A DNA stretch of 64,000 nt from assembly GCA_964016885.1 (NCBI GenBank), contig OZ024742.1, forward strand, positions 265,360,001 through 265,424,000. The letters run 5' to 3'. Of this stretch, positions 41,976-58,300 are shown one piece after another. The notes beneath the pieces are model-generated. The model was not told the DNA's origin. It ran no database searches and saw nothing but the letters and a program-made list of their open reading frames with translations. Every line of letters begins with the position of its first letter. The first letter of the stretch is position 1. The position numbers and the translations under genes were made by a program. The DNA comes from Eledone cirrhosa. Its lineage: Eukaryota.

Positions 41976-42968
41976 GGTGTGTGGGGGGGGGGGGATCACG
42001 CAATAACGAATTTTGCTCAATCACTGAAAGAATACAAAAAAGTCATGTAACTGTGTGTGTGTCTTATTATTTTATATTTTATCCCAACTCCCTTATATAA
42101 TAGGCGGGTACTGGCTGCCTTTTCTAGCAAATGTGTTACTTGCCAAACGTCCACCTTTTACTTTCTTTCTGTGGCCACTATATAACGTGATAATTATCCC
42201 TCCCGAAAATATTTCACTTGTAACGGTCAGTTCAAGAATTATTCCTTTCATTTGAGGGGTCACAAAGACACGACAGCCTCAAGGCCTTAGTGCACTTTCG
42301 TTGCACTATAACTGCATATCAATCGGTGAAACTGTGCAGTCTGGACTACGGAGAAACGATTAGGTATAGAATGCCTGTTTTCTCTTCAAATTTATAATTG
42401 ATATATGTGTGTGTGTCTGTGTGTCTGTGTATGCATAAATCTTGTTATTTATGTATGCACATATGCATTAAGCCGATTGGGTTCTTTGTTTTTTGCGCGA
42501 ATTCTTTTGTTTGAATTCAACTACCAAAATCACGTGTTATGATCTGCGAGAAATTCTTCCTCTTTTCATTATAGACAGAGTGAGAGAATGCCATTCCACG
42601 AAAATATCGCATAATATTATTGCGTAATCCTGCTGAAGACGTCTAATAGCCCGATTACGTAAATATCCGCTGATTCTGCGTGACTTTCTGAACATTGAAG
42701 AAGTAAAATCTGCATTTGTAAAGATAGATTACACAAAATCGATCGTCCGGGAAGGAGATGTTTATATCCATCTCTAACTAAAAACACAGCCAACTATCTA
42801 CAATAAACTAAATGTGTGCACTCTGAACAGTTGATTACAGCTACACAACTGCAATTTGCCTGATTCATTGAGTGAGCTAGACGCTGGCGAGGGACACTGA
42901 ATTTATACCAGCTATCTTCGTTACGTTTCTTATACATATCTATTATAAATCTGAAGAGAAAAAACAAA

Positions 42969-43028
<60 letters not shown>

Positions 43029-43163
43029 AATGAATAATAACAGGTAGACATCATAAAAAGGTAATTTATTCTGAGTGCTTACAAATGATTCAACAGTAGT
43101 TATACAGCCTAGACATGGTATGTGCAAATTGGTGATTATTTGATTGCAGAAACTCAATTTTCA

Positions 43164-43214
43164 AATGCTGCGACTACCGTTTCCTCAGAGTTCTGAGGAA
43201 ACGGTAGTCGCAGC

Positions 43215-43217
<3 letters not shown>
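43164..43217. repeat. Perfect palindrome (26-bp arms) of an HHR 3' half
   Basis: aatgctgcgactaccgtttcctcaga-gt-tctgaggaaacggtagtcgcagcatt; each arm reads GAAAC-GGTA-GTC. Confidence 0.88.
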
Positions 43218-43287
<70 letters not shown>

Positions 43288-43771
43288 TTATTATTGATGT
43301 TTTCACTGCTCCTTCGTTGAGATGATTTTAGCCCCATACAAACGGCTGTTATTTCTAGCAGCACGAGTATGTGGCTAGCTAGACACTGGATGGCCGCATG
43401 AGGTTACCTCGTGCGCTAAACAGTCTTCCTAAATATTTTGAAGTGGAACATACCAATTTTCATAGTGCTTGCTGAGGAGATCAAAATGCGGTATTTTCTT
43501 CCACTTTTTCATTATTCGAAACATATTTGGATTTTAAGGTTTAAACCTGTCTACGGAACAGGTTTGATTTTGAAATTTAAATTTGTCCAAGCATAACGGC
43601 CATTGCCAATACAATTTGTTTTTGTTGATTTATGATGTATTATCTTAAGTCATGATAGGCAAACTGTAATATTATTATTAGTATATTTCTATCTAGCTAA
43701 CTTGGTCATTTACAATACAAACATAAATATGAGGATATTTGTGTTTATCAAATATATTGATTTGTGTTAAC

Positions 43772-43855
<84 letters not shown>

Positions 43856-43862
<7 letters not shown>

Positions 43863-44571
43863 ATACTTGGGGAGGGTCATATTTGTGTAATATTGCCAGA
43901 ATTAATAACAGAACACACTCACTGTTTGGTTGGTTTTCGCTTCTTGCTTCTGTGTCTTTTATATCGGTAATCTAACTTAAAATAATACAGATACAATATA
44001 GACACAAACACATATATATAGTTTATCATAAATCTTTCGTTGCACATCTGCAACATCGTCAGTGGTGCTATCGTTTCCTTCCGTGCATTGTATGTCTGCG
44101 CCATTTTTATTCAGTCTGTCTATATAATTATTTATTTATTTGCTTGTTTGTTTATTTTTTTATTTTGTCTTCTTTGCGCATGCGTTTGCGTGTGTGTATA
44201 GTGTTTTGTTTGATGTGTGATGGGTGACTAGTGTGTGTTTATGTGCTTGTTGTTATTGTGCTTGTGTATGTATTTATTTATTTATTTATTTTATTTTATT
44301 TGCAACGTAAGATTTATGATAAACTATATATATGTGTTTGTGTCTATATTGTATCTGTATTATTTTTGACTGTCGGTCAGTCAATGGCAACATTGAGGAC
44401 CGTGTAAGTAAGTTAGATTACGGATATAAAAGACACAGAAGCGAGAAGCGAAAACCAACCAAACAGTGAGTGTGTTCTGATATTAATTCTGGCAATATTA
44501 CACAAATATCACCCTCCCCAAGTATAACAATATTTGTTTCGACACACGATTTCATATAAAAAACCTCGCAA

Positions 44572-44575
<4 letters not shown>
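43856..44575. mobile_element. Inverted pair of family B pLTR fragments, no ORF
   Basis: 43856-44045 is the reverse complement of 44300-44533 (right arm has about 40 bp extra); flanked by (TA)n. Confidence 0.88.
44024..44068 (-). ncRNA. Minimal hammerhead ribozyme (family B)
   Basis: Reverse complement: acca-CTGACGA-tgttgca-gatg-tgcaac-GAAA-gatt-TA-tgat. Confidence 0.78.
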
Positions 44576-44633
<58 letters not shown>

Positions 44634-44674
44634 GATATATTAACAAATGGAAACTATATTTATAAAACCATATT

Positions 44675-44739
44675 TATTTCATTATACATATTTCAAGGAC
44701 ACCAAGTTAAATTATGGTGTGCTTTCATCAGATAAAATA
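44675..44739 (-). ncRNA. Minimal hammerhead ribozyme (family A), canonical core
   Basis: Reverse complement: tattttat-CTGATGA-aag.acacca...tggtgt.ctt-GAAA-tatgta-TA-atgaaata. Confidence 0.88.
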
Positions 44740-47460
44740 TAATATAGATCAGTCTTATAAATAAATATTGACATACCCTTAAAGAATGCGACCATTTCTG
44801 TTGGAAGGTCCCGGATAGTGGGGTTATACATTTATTTATACTATTATGCAAATTAGTGTCGGATATTTTTAAATCGCAGTAGATTTAAAATAAGCCGTTG
44901 GGGTATGGAGAAAGGGAAAGAGAAAAAAGAGCAAACTTTAAGATGAAAATAAGAAAAACAAGAAAAAGAGAAAGAGAAGAAAAAAGAAAAGAGAAAAGAG
45001 AAAGAGAAAGAGAAAGCTCTAAGTGATAGGTTGTTGTATTAGCGTAACTTTTAAGATGAAGTGAAAAAATAAATATTTATTGGATGAGTAAAGTAAATAA
45101 GCGTGAATGGGAAATAAGCGTGAATGGAAAATAAATAAATAATAACAGGAGAATTTTAACCAGTGTTTAAATATGATTAAATGTTTAGTTTATCAGTTAA
45201 ATTATTGAGATCTATATATTATTAAAAAATCTCTATATTATTAAAACCTATATATTATTAAAAGAATATATTCATATATATACATACGCACACATACATA
45301 TATATACATATAAATACATATATATACCTACACATAACATACATATAGATATAATAAAGGACTTTTTATGTATAAGATATAGGAATTTTCCTAAGCTTAT
45401 AGATTTTTCGGGGAAACCAGAGAAAAAAGCCGGAGAAAAACATTTCTATGTAATAGCAAAACAGTGTGAAGGAAATTAAGTTATTTACTTATATTAAATG
45501 TTATAAATGTTAAGATAACAAAGGAAATTTAAGATTATAGAAACCTTATGTTATAATACAAACCTTATATTATAAATTTTATATCTAATAAATCCACCTG
45601 TTATGTAGTTGTGACTGTTATTATATAAGTTTGTTTATCACGAACCTTAAGAATACCCTTATATCCGATTGCATTCGAATTGTATGCATATATATATATA
45701 CACACAACTCCCACATAGATACACATAGACATACACACACTTAGAGGTAGCTATGCATATGCGGAGGTTTATATCGTGACGACATGCTTTTACTTATCGA
45801 AAATAATAACTGTGAATTAAATAGGAAAAGAAAAGAAATTATACAATTTTTTAATTACCTTAATCTAAAAGTAGAAATAGAGAATAACCATAAAATAGTT
45901 AATTTTCTAGATGTAACATTAAACCTTAACACATGTCTTCATTATCCTTTTCACAAACTAAACGAGAACTTAAACTTCGTTAATTTTAAATCTAATCACC
46001 CCAGATCCGTTAAAAATACTATAGTGAATTCTGTACAGCAACGCATTTCTAGAATTTCAGCTAATAAGAATATATTTGATGATAAAGCACATTATTACAA
46101 CGAAGCCTTAGGTAGAGCTGGATATAGAAATAAAATTAAATACATTGATAATAATAATATAACAACTAACCATAATCCTAACAATTTTAACAACTATGAT
46201 AATTACAATAATTCGGAAAACAATTACAATAATTCGGAAAACTAAAAGAAAAATAGAACTAGGAATATATTATGGTTCGCTCCTCCTTTCTCATTAATTA
46301 TTAAAACTCCTATTGCTAAACTATTCTTTAAAGCTCTTGACAAATGCTTCCCTAGAACACATAGATATTACTCAATTTTTAATAGACATATATGAAATCA
46401 ACTTATTCATCACCAAAAATGTTGCGTAGAATATTAATAGAATTAATAATAGAAATTTAAAACCTAACCAAAATACCACTAATAACCCCAGCAACATCCA
46501 ATTTGATAAATGTAACTGTAGAAACAAATCTAACTGTCCGTTAAATAACAATTGCTTAGCTAAAAATATAGTATATAATTGTAATGTAATAACTAATTTA
46601 AATTCATTTAATTATGTAGGATCTACTTCCACAGATTTTAAATCTCGTTTTAATAACCATAAAAGCTCTTTTACGCATTTAAACAAAAAATCTTCAATCT
46701 TCAACTTCTCTATCTAACTTATTATAGGACCTCAAATTAAAGAACGTTAAATATTCGTTACTTTGAATATTATTTCAAAAGCTACTACTTTTAACTCCTC
46801 TTCAGAAAATTGTGATCTTTGTATAGAGGAAATATTCTTTATATTAAAAAGCAAAAATTCCCTGAATGTAAGAAGCAAACTCTTCAGTTGCTGCAGACAT
46901 AGATTGAACTCAACGTTTAAATATAAATTTAAAATGTAATATATAATTAATTCTATTAATATATTGAACCTATCGATAAATCATTAGATTCCTTCATTTA
47001 ACTGCTTAAACTCTCAAATATAAACATTTTTTCCTAGAAAATGTTTCTAGATAAACATACTGAAAGCTCTTAAAAGGGGAAAATATTTTACTTGACAAGT
47101 TTCTCCTATTTTTGAAAGTTTCTCTTTTGAAAGGGTCGCTTTCTTTTTCTTTGAAATTTCCCATATAGTTATAAAAAATTAAGTTAAACATACTGAGAGT
47201 TAAATATTATATAAAAAATTTAAATTTTTATACTGAATTTTTTTAGACATATTCTTATTTTAAAATTATATTTTAAAATATTCTGTAATATTTTTTAAAA
47301 TGATATTGCTTTAAAGTTATATTGCAAATAATTGTAAGAATATATTTCCAAATCGTAATATAATTCATTTTTATTTTATTTTTCATTTTGTTTTTATATT
47401 TTTATATATTATGTACTTCAATTATACTATGTACTGTATATTTATCTCTCTCTCTATATG

Positions 47461-47494
<34 letters not shown>

Positions 47495-48616
47495 TATGAT
47501 GCATATCTACCTGTATGCGTGTGTGTATGTCTATGTGTATCTATGTGCGAGTTGTGTGTATATATATATATGCATAAAATTCGAATGCACTCGGTTATAA
47601 GGGTTTTCTTAAGGTTCGTGATAAACAAACTTATATAATAACAGTCACAACTACATAACAGGTGGATTTATTAGATATAAAATTTATAATATAAGGTTTG
47701 TATTATAACATAAGGTTTCTATAATCTTAAATTTCCTTTGTTATCTTAACATTTATAACATTTAATATAAGTAAATAACTTAATTTCCTTCACGCTGTTT
47801 TGCTATTACATAGAAATGTTTTTCTCCCGCTTTTTTCTCTGGTTTCTCCGAAAAATCTATAGGCTTAGGAAAATTCCTATATGTAATACATAAAAAGTCC
47901 TTTATTATATCTATATTTATGTTATGTGTAGGTATATATATATATTTATATGTATATATATGTATGTGTGCGTATGTTATGTATATATATGAATATATTC
48001 TTTTAATAATATATAGGTTTTAATAATATATAGATTTTTTAATAATATATAGATCTCAATTTTTAATGTATAGATCTCAATAATTTGATGGATAATTTAA
48101 GTGATAAAATAAACATTTAATCATATTTAAACACTAGTTAAAATTCTCCTGTTATTATTTATTTATTTTCCATTCACGCTTATTTTCCATTCACGCTTAT
48201 TTTCCATTCACGCTTATTTACTTTACTCATCCAATAAATATTTATTTTTTCACTTCATCTTAAAAGTTACGCTAATACAACAACCTATCACTTAGCGCTT
48301 TCTCTTTTTCTTTTTCTTTTTCTTTTTCTTTCTCTTTCTCTTTCTCTTTCTCTCTTCTCTTTTCTTTTTTCTTCTCTTTCTCTTTCTCTTTTTCTTGTTT
48401 TTCTTATTTTCATCTTGAAGTTTGCTCTTTTTTCTCTTTCCCTTTCTCCATACCCCAACGGCTTATTTTAGCTCTACTGCGATTTAAAAATATCCGACAC
48501 TAATTTGCATAATAGTATAAATAAATTTATAACCCCACTATCCGGGACCTTCCAACAGAAATGGTCACATTCTTTAAGGGTATGTCAATATTTATTTATA
48601 AAACTGATCTATATTA

Positions 48617-48681
48617 TATTTTATCTAATGAAAGTACATCATAATTTAACTTGGTGTCCTTGAAATATGTATAATGAAATA
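48617..48681 (+). ncRNA. Family A hammerhead with core mutation (CUAAUGA)
   Basis: Partner copy of 44675-44739 with G5 changed to A. Confidence 0.75.
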
Positions 48682-48847
48682 AATATGGTTTTATAAATAT
48701 AATTTCCATTTGTTAATATATCGTATTTTTACTCCAATAATTTGTTGAGTGCTTTATATCAGTTATAAAAATATTTGCTTGTTGTAGCCCAACAATTTAA
48801 ATAGAACTTCTACATATATATACATATGTATATATATATAGTCGCAG

Positions 48848-51030
<2,183 letters not shown>

Positions 51031-51070
51031 GGTGAAAACAGCGATTCTTTGCTTAAACTTTAATCTGTTA

Positions 51071-51108
<38 letters not shown>

Positions 51109-51163
51109 TTCACTGTTCATCTGCCAACTGTCAGAGCATTTTCTAAAATATACAGTGACTTAT

Positions 51164-51265
51164 CGGCCTGATTTGCATAATAGCAGATTGACTGATCAGC
51201 CAGATCTGCATATTAGCAGATTCGCTAATCAGCCAGATTTGCATATCAGCAGACTGGCCAGTCAG
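51164..51265. repeat. 3 x 33-bp tandem repeat carrying octamer-like motifs
   Basis: Unit cagccagatttgcatattagcagattcgctaat; ATTTGCAT in two units and ATCTGCAT in one. Confidence 0.85.
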
Positions 51266-51441
51266 TTTCCTGTATACGAGCCATTAATGGCCGGCTTTGC
51301 CAAATTCAAATAAAAAGATTTTTCACTCTACATTGCTGAATACAATAAATGTAATCTTAATTTTTTGAATATTAATAATAATATTCGATTCGTTTGCAAT
51401 TATGCAAACAACCCTCATTTTTAAAGCCATGTCATGTTAAT

Positions 51442-51476
<35 letters not shown>

Positions 51477-52089
51477 GAAAGTATTGCACCAAGAAAAATA
51501 TAGTCTTCGGTGATATAGATTGTATTGGCTTTAACATGTGTCTGTGCCTATTGTAATAGTCTACATATGCTGACTACAATAAATATTGTTCAATCATATG
51601 CAATACTTAGTTATTTTTCACACGTCTTGAAAAAGCTTAAAATTGTTTGTATTAGTGTCCTTCCAGCATGCCGTAGAATTCAGGAATGAGATGTTCAATA
51701 TAAAAATCGTATTTCCGTTTAACAAAATACAATAGAACACTAATAAATCAAATGACCATAAAATAAAATAAGTTAGAGTGATACGTAAAGAAAGTTAGAA
51801 AGAGAAGGGATGGTGGTAAAGAGTTTTGCATTATAATTTTATCTGATGTGGTGTGGGACAATATTTCGTTGACCATTTATATGAGTGAAGGTTTCAGTGT
51901 TTGCCATATATGGACAAGAGTGCAGAGAGGGGAGAGAAGGAAATGGTGAACGTTAAGAGTAGGATAGAATGGAGAAGGAAATGCAAGAATTAAGACTGTT
52001 TTGAAGACGACTGAATTCTTCGGGTGCAGTGTGAAAATTTCAAATGCAACCGATTAGAATGCATTAGATAGGATGTGGTAAATTATAGG

Positions 52090-52810
52090 TATGAGAGATC
52101 GAATCTTGTTCTAATCCAGATTGCATTTAGCGAAGATTTTCAGAAGCTTATGCTTGCAATTAAATACCTTATCATGCCGATAATTTAGGAGGTCCTTTCC
52201 GGTCACTATTCCGATCACCACCTCTAGGGGCGTCTTTCATTCCAGTATGGACGGGCGAATCTGAACACCGACTGTTGCAGTGCGTATTTAAAACTGGCGT
52301 GCTTCAGGTCTCAGATTATTTCGCTAGGGCTGTGGTTCTAGCTAAACTGGTGTTCTAAACGTGTGGGTGTGCTCATACCATCTCTTCTTGAAATGATTCG
52401 AAGTGGCATCCACATACTTAGATATTAACAGTTTTGATTTGACCACACATTGGTAAACCATGTTTTATTACATACACTTCCCTGATAATGGACATTTGCT
52501 GGTATTACTACAGTTTCAATGTGTCCGTATAGAATGTGTGGGCTCATCTCCGGTTCTTGTGTAGAAGGTGTTATTCTGCATATTTTGTTATTGATCCGAA
52601 TATGTGCGTGATGCAGAAGAGACGTTGGTGTTTGCAGGTGTTCATCTATTCTGTGTTGGAGGCTGCAGATGTTGCTGAGGATTCAGAGTAGTTCAGTTCA
52701 TCTTATGTCAGGGATTTTGTTGGTTGTTGGTACTGTCATACCCCGGGGGCGATTGTTGTTTAATTTCGTGATGAAATTAAGACTATCTGAGATCCTAAGG
52801 GATAACTTTT
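52090..52810 (-). mobile_element. Decayed Penelope-like GIY-YIG region
   Basis: Minus strand NCSNTSKCPLSGKC..NMVYQC and HFKKRWYEHTHTF. Confidence 0.7.
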
Positions 52811-52821
52811 TAACAATGGAG

Positions 52822-52954
<133 letters not shown>

Positions 52955-53914
52955 TTCATTTTTTCATTGTGCATGCAATATCATTATCATATCGGCTCCG
53001 CATCATTATGTACTTATCGTAAGAAAATTGCTAAAGGACAACTCCACAGTAGATAGATTCGGGGTTGAGGTAGTTCCTATAAGTGGCTTATATATTTACG
53101 CACATCCCAGGCCTTGGTTAATCGTGTCTCCAAATTACAAAACCCTAGGAATTTAATTACAGACGCATTATAAGAAGACACATTCGAGCTATGCATAAAT
53201 GTTTGTCATTTCCAGCTAGGGCATACTTGTATTAATGCAAACGGACAACATTTTGAGGGTTTAATCGAAATATATAATTTTACAGGAATTGCCTATGCAT
53301 TACTGTTGGAAAATTGCTTCATGTAACTACGGTACCTCTAAACAGTAGCCTAATTAAGGCCCAACCTCTATATATACATATATATACATACATACATACA
53401 TAAAAACAAACATACACATACATATACACGCACACAGGCAGGCACATACACATACATAGATATACACAAACATAACTCAATATACATATATATATATACA
53501 GACATACACATTCATACTCACACATAATACAAACATATTTATATGCATGAATACATGCATACACGCCTACGCACACATACATACATACATACATACATAC
53601 ATACATACATACATACATACATACATACATACATACATACATACATGTAGCTGCTATGTTAACTAGATATTCAGACACCTGCGTCTTGGTGACAACCTTG
53701 ACAGCCTGTCATTTTCAGGCACGAATTTTTTAGGCGATGGCTCGGCGGATAAAACTTGGAGATATAACTGCTACTGTAATAGACAGTATTGCTTGACATA
53801 CCCCTCCCATACATACGTATTTGTGTATATGTATGTCTGTATATATGTATGTGTGTATGAATGTACGTATGTATATATGTATGTGTCTATGTATGTCCAT
53901 GTGCATGCGTGTCC

Positions 53915-53983
<69 letters not shown>

Positions 53984-53990
53984 AGTGTGT

Positions 53991-54024
<34 letters not shown>

Positions 54025-54123
54025 GTGTATATTGTATTGTTGGCCTTCATCTAAATCGCTGGCAATTCTGACTGTAATGTTCGCTCGGTCTACCAACCAA
54101 GGTGAACTGACACCCTGTCATAT

Positions 54124-54165
<42 letters not shown>

Positions 54166-54203
54166 ATATGGGTGCGCGCGCGTAGTCTCTGTGTGTGTGT
54201 ATG

Positions 54204-54329
<126 letters not shown>

Positions 54330-54472
54330 CGTGCGTATGTGTAATAATAATAATAATAATAATAATAAACTAAAGAAATAAATAAATAGTTTTGAAGACA
54401 ACAGCAACAATAGCTACAATAACGACAACGTTGACGGTGACTGCAACATCAAGAGGATACTAATACTTATGC

Positions 54473-54534
<62 letters not shown>

Positions 54535-54936
54535 ACAACAATGACAGTGACACTGGTCTGTTAAGTGACAAACTAAATATACTTGGGTCTTCTTGCCATC
54601 ATCATCTTGTTCCATTAGTCGTGTTTTGTCAGCACAAACTGTTGGCAGGTGAGGCTTGTCTTTGCTTTGGCGCGAAGACGATTTTTTTTTCTTAAATGAC
54701 AGTGACAGCATAGAAATGTCGACTAAGTACTTAAATACACACATAAGCAAACACTCTTACACGCAGACATTCACATACTCACAGGTTCAAACATACCCTC
54801 ATATACACTCATAGACACACAGACAATCACATAGAACTGTGCATACATTATACATATGCATTCCCATATATTTTATATATATATATATATACTCCTTATC
54901 CAACCCTATTCAGATTTTAATCTTCACATTTATTAT

Positions 54937-54998
<62 letters not shown>

Positions 54999-55078
54999 GG
55001 CGAGTAATATTGTAGAACAATAAAACTGTGCATATATCAGATAAGTAGCACTCAACAGTTGGTAGAACTAGAGTATAT

Positions 55079-55225
55079 ATAATAAAGATGAAATAAAAGA
55101 TGGTTATAAGAGTTACATATATTTTATTGTACGTATTTCGAATATTTCGGATGATTTTGTATTCGAAATACGTATAATAAAATATATGGAATTCTTATAA
55201 CCATCTTTTATTTCATCTTTATTAT
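55079..55225. repeat. Inverted repeat (about 66-bp arms) of a family A-like HHR 3' half
   Basis: 55079-55144 versus 55160-55225; arm reads cGAAA-tacgta-TA-ataaaata. Confidence 0.88.
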
Positions 55226-55245
55226 TATTATTATTTTCTTTACGA

Positions 55246-55385
55246 TCTGAGTTCAAATCCCGCCGAGGTTGACTTTGCCTTTCATCCTTACGGGGTCGAT
55301 AAAATAAAGTACCAGTAATGCACTGGGTAATTGCTGGCCTTGTGCCTAATGTAGAAACAATTATTATTATTATTATTATTATTAT
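55246..55385 (+). mobile_element. SINE, 5'-truncated, with (ATT)n tail
   Basis: ctgagttcaaatcccgccgaggttgactttgcctttcatcc... Confidence 0.88.
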
Positions 55386-58300
55386 TCTTTGAGTCTCAGT
55401 CATTGATGTTAGTTAACTGGAAAGTTTGTTGAAATGAATATCAAGCCCCTACCTGCAGCCTCAGATTTTCAGGACGTATCGGAGGGTTCTTGCTGTTCCC
55501 AGCAAGCATGCCTTTTGAAGCGTTCCAAAAAGCGTGAAGGGGCCAATTTTCTTTAACCATCCTTGGAAACTTTTTGAGATAGTACCTAGTGCGCCTATGA
55601 CAATCGGGACCACTTTGACTTCATGGCAGTTCCAAATCCTTTTTACCTCCCACTTTAAGTCCTGGTATCGGTTAATTTTCTCCCTCTCCTTCTCTTGCAC
55701 TCTCGTGTCGAATGGGCAGGCCATATCCACAATCAGGCACGATCTTTTTTCTTTGTCCACAACCACCAGGTCAGGTCTATTGTGTTCCAGTTTCTTGTCC
55801 GTCTGTATCCTAAAATCTCACAGCACCTTCACCTGATCGTTTTCTATCACCGACTCTGGCTTATGCTCATACCACTTCTCAGTATGTGGTAAATTATTTA
55901 CTTTGCATAGGTGCCAGTGAATCACCCTGCCCATCACATCATGTCTCCAGCCCTATAGTGAGTCTGGGCTAGGTGTTTACACTCGGATACAATGTGAGCC
56001 ACAGTCTCCTCTCTCTTTCCACAGATCCTGCACAGTGGGCTAGAATCCTCCTTGTAAATGTGGTGTTTCAACCACTTCGTTTTGAGAGCCTGCTCTTGCG
56101 CAGCCATTAACATTCCTTCTGTAGCCTTTTTAAGGTCTCCTCTTTTCAACCAGTTCCATGTCTGTGGATCTCTGAATTCAGTTTTCTCAAAGAAGGTAAT
56201 ATGAAGGGATTTTTCCTGAAGGCTGCTCTTTCTCCTTGTTGTTATTTCCTCCTTGGACATCCCCTGGTCTATTGTCCTCTCCTTCAGTACAGTTTTGAGC
56301 ATTGGCTCCTTACTATCAGTCATGTATTTGTGTAGGTTGTTTTTCTCCATCTGAACACAGTCCTCTATGCTGATAAGACCTCTTCGACCTTCAGATCTCC
56401 TTAAGTAGAGTCTATCGACATCACTCCTCTTGTGGAACATGTTGTATATAGTCAATAGCTTCCTAGTCATCCTATCCATTTCTTTTTGTTCAGCAACATT
56501 CCATCTCAGAATTCCCGCACTGTACCTAATAATAGACACAGCTCGGGAATTTACTGCACTTATGGCATTCCTACTGTTCAGATGTGACTTTAATACGCTC
56601 CTTACTCTCCGAATGTATTCAGTTCTTATCAATTCCTTCATTTTTTTGTTCTTGATGTCATCAGCCTCCAGAACACCCAGATACTTGTATCCATCTTCAG
56701 TGTCAATTTCCTTTATCATCTCACCTGTTGGTACCTGGATTCCGTTACTTCTGCTCAATTTACCCCTCTTCATCACAAGTACTCCTCACTTACTAATACC
56801 AAATTGCATACGTATATCATTGCTGTAAATACGGACAGTGTCAACAAGCACATCCAACTCCTTCTCACTCTTCCCGAAGAGCTTAAGATCGTCCATGAAG
56901 AGGAGGTGATTGATGGTAAGCTTTCCCTTTCCCAACTTGTATCCTGCTCTCACTTTTTGCAGTATAATGGTCAGGGGCATCAGGGCAAGGACAATCAACA
57001 GAGGAGACAGACTATCTCCCTGGAAGATACCTCTCTTGATCTTCACGCCTCCCAAGGACTCTCCAGCTGATGTTAACTCTGTTTCCCAGGACTTCATACT
57101 TTTGCCCAACAACTGTCTGATGTTATCTGCCACCTTGAAGATCTCTAGGCTTTTGGTGATCCAAGAATGAGGCACCATGTCAAATGCCTTTTTGTAGTCT
57201 ATCCATCCCATGGCAAGACCAGTGTGTCTCCTCTTGCAATTCCTCATTACCATCTTATCAATAAGTAACTGGTCCTTTGTACCACGGGACTTCTTTCGGC
57301 ATCCTTTCTGTTCGTCCGGTAACAAGTTGTTTGTGTGGAGGTGATGGTAGATTTCCTCAGACATAATGCTTGTCAACAGTTTCCACATTACAGACAGACA
57401 TGTGATAGGTCTATAGTTGGTAACATCATTACCCTTGATTCAGTCTTTCATTATCAAACTGTGGTACCTTTTGTCAACCACTCTGGTACCTCCCCTGACA
57501 TCAAGCAGTCATTGAACATGGTTGTCAGTTTCGGGTGGAGGGATGTTATATTTTTAATCCAATACCCCTGCACACCATCTGGGCCTGGTGATTTCCAGTT
57601 GGTTAGTTTTTTGGCCTGTCCCTTAAGAGTTTCAACTGTGATACTCAAATCAGTTTGTTGGTGTGCCTGTTCACTAATCTCCTTCTGTACTGTCTCAATC
57701 CACAATGCCTGGTCATTATGTTTAACATCCTGCTCCCATATTCCTCACCAGAATGTTTTAGTTTGTTCCGCCTCAGGGATCAAGTCGTTGCCTCTTTCTT
57801 TCCCTTCAAGCTGTCCAAACAGCATCTTCTGGTTGTTGTCAAACATGCGGTTCTGTCTATACTGACTGACTCTGCTCTCGTATCGCCTAATTTTTGCACT
57901 CTTTGCTACAATGCGTTGCTTCAGTTCCTCTATGATATTATTTAGCTTTTTCCTCCTAGCTTTGTACTTTATTTCCAGTCTATTTTTTTTGTCTATGTTT
58001 TTTAGTGTCTCATTCAGTAGGGACTCAAGATTTCCAATGTCATTTCTCATTTCCCTGATTTGACCACTCAGTCGTTTCTTCCACCAAGGCTCTGATCTTT
58101 CTTGTTTGTTGTTTCCTCTCGCTTTTATACCAAGTAATTTCCTCACCGCATTTGCTGTTGCTTTGAGGATATTGCACTGGTAAAGGCTCTTCGCCTCAAG
58201 GTATGGAATGACTTTGTTTACCTTAGCTGTTGTTTCTTTTAACTTTTTCCTGTCTACAAATCTTAGGTTCATAGGTTTCCCACTATCATTGTTCAATTCA

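Larger units (their letters stand above)
44631..48780 (+). mobile_element. Penelope-like element, 5'-truncated at YRDD and flanked by 1.1-1.2 kb inverted pLTRs
   Basis: GGLYRDDM at 45763, VNFLDVTL, CNC..CPL...YVGSTST.FKSRF; arms 44631-45757 and 47499-48725. Confidence 0.93.

Noticed and set aside
42630-42670. ctgaaga as an HHR core
   Set aside because: No stem II, GAAA or stem I partner found.
52478-52545. Plus-strand HHR-like ctgataa-tggaca...tgtcc
   Set aside because: No GAAA box; it is the antisense of the PLE CxC..CPL..C coding motif.
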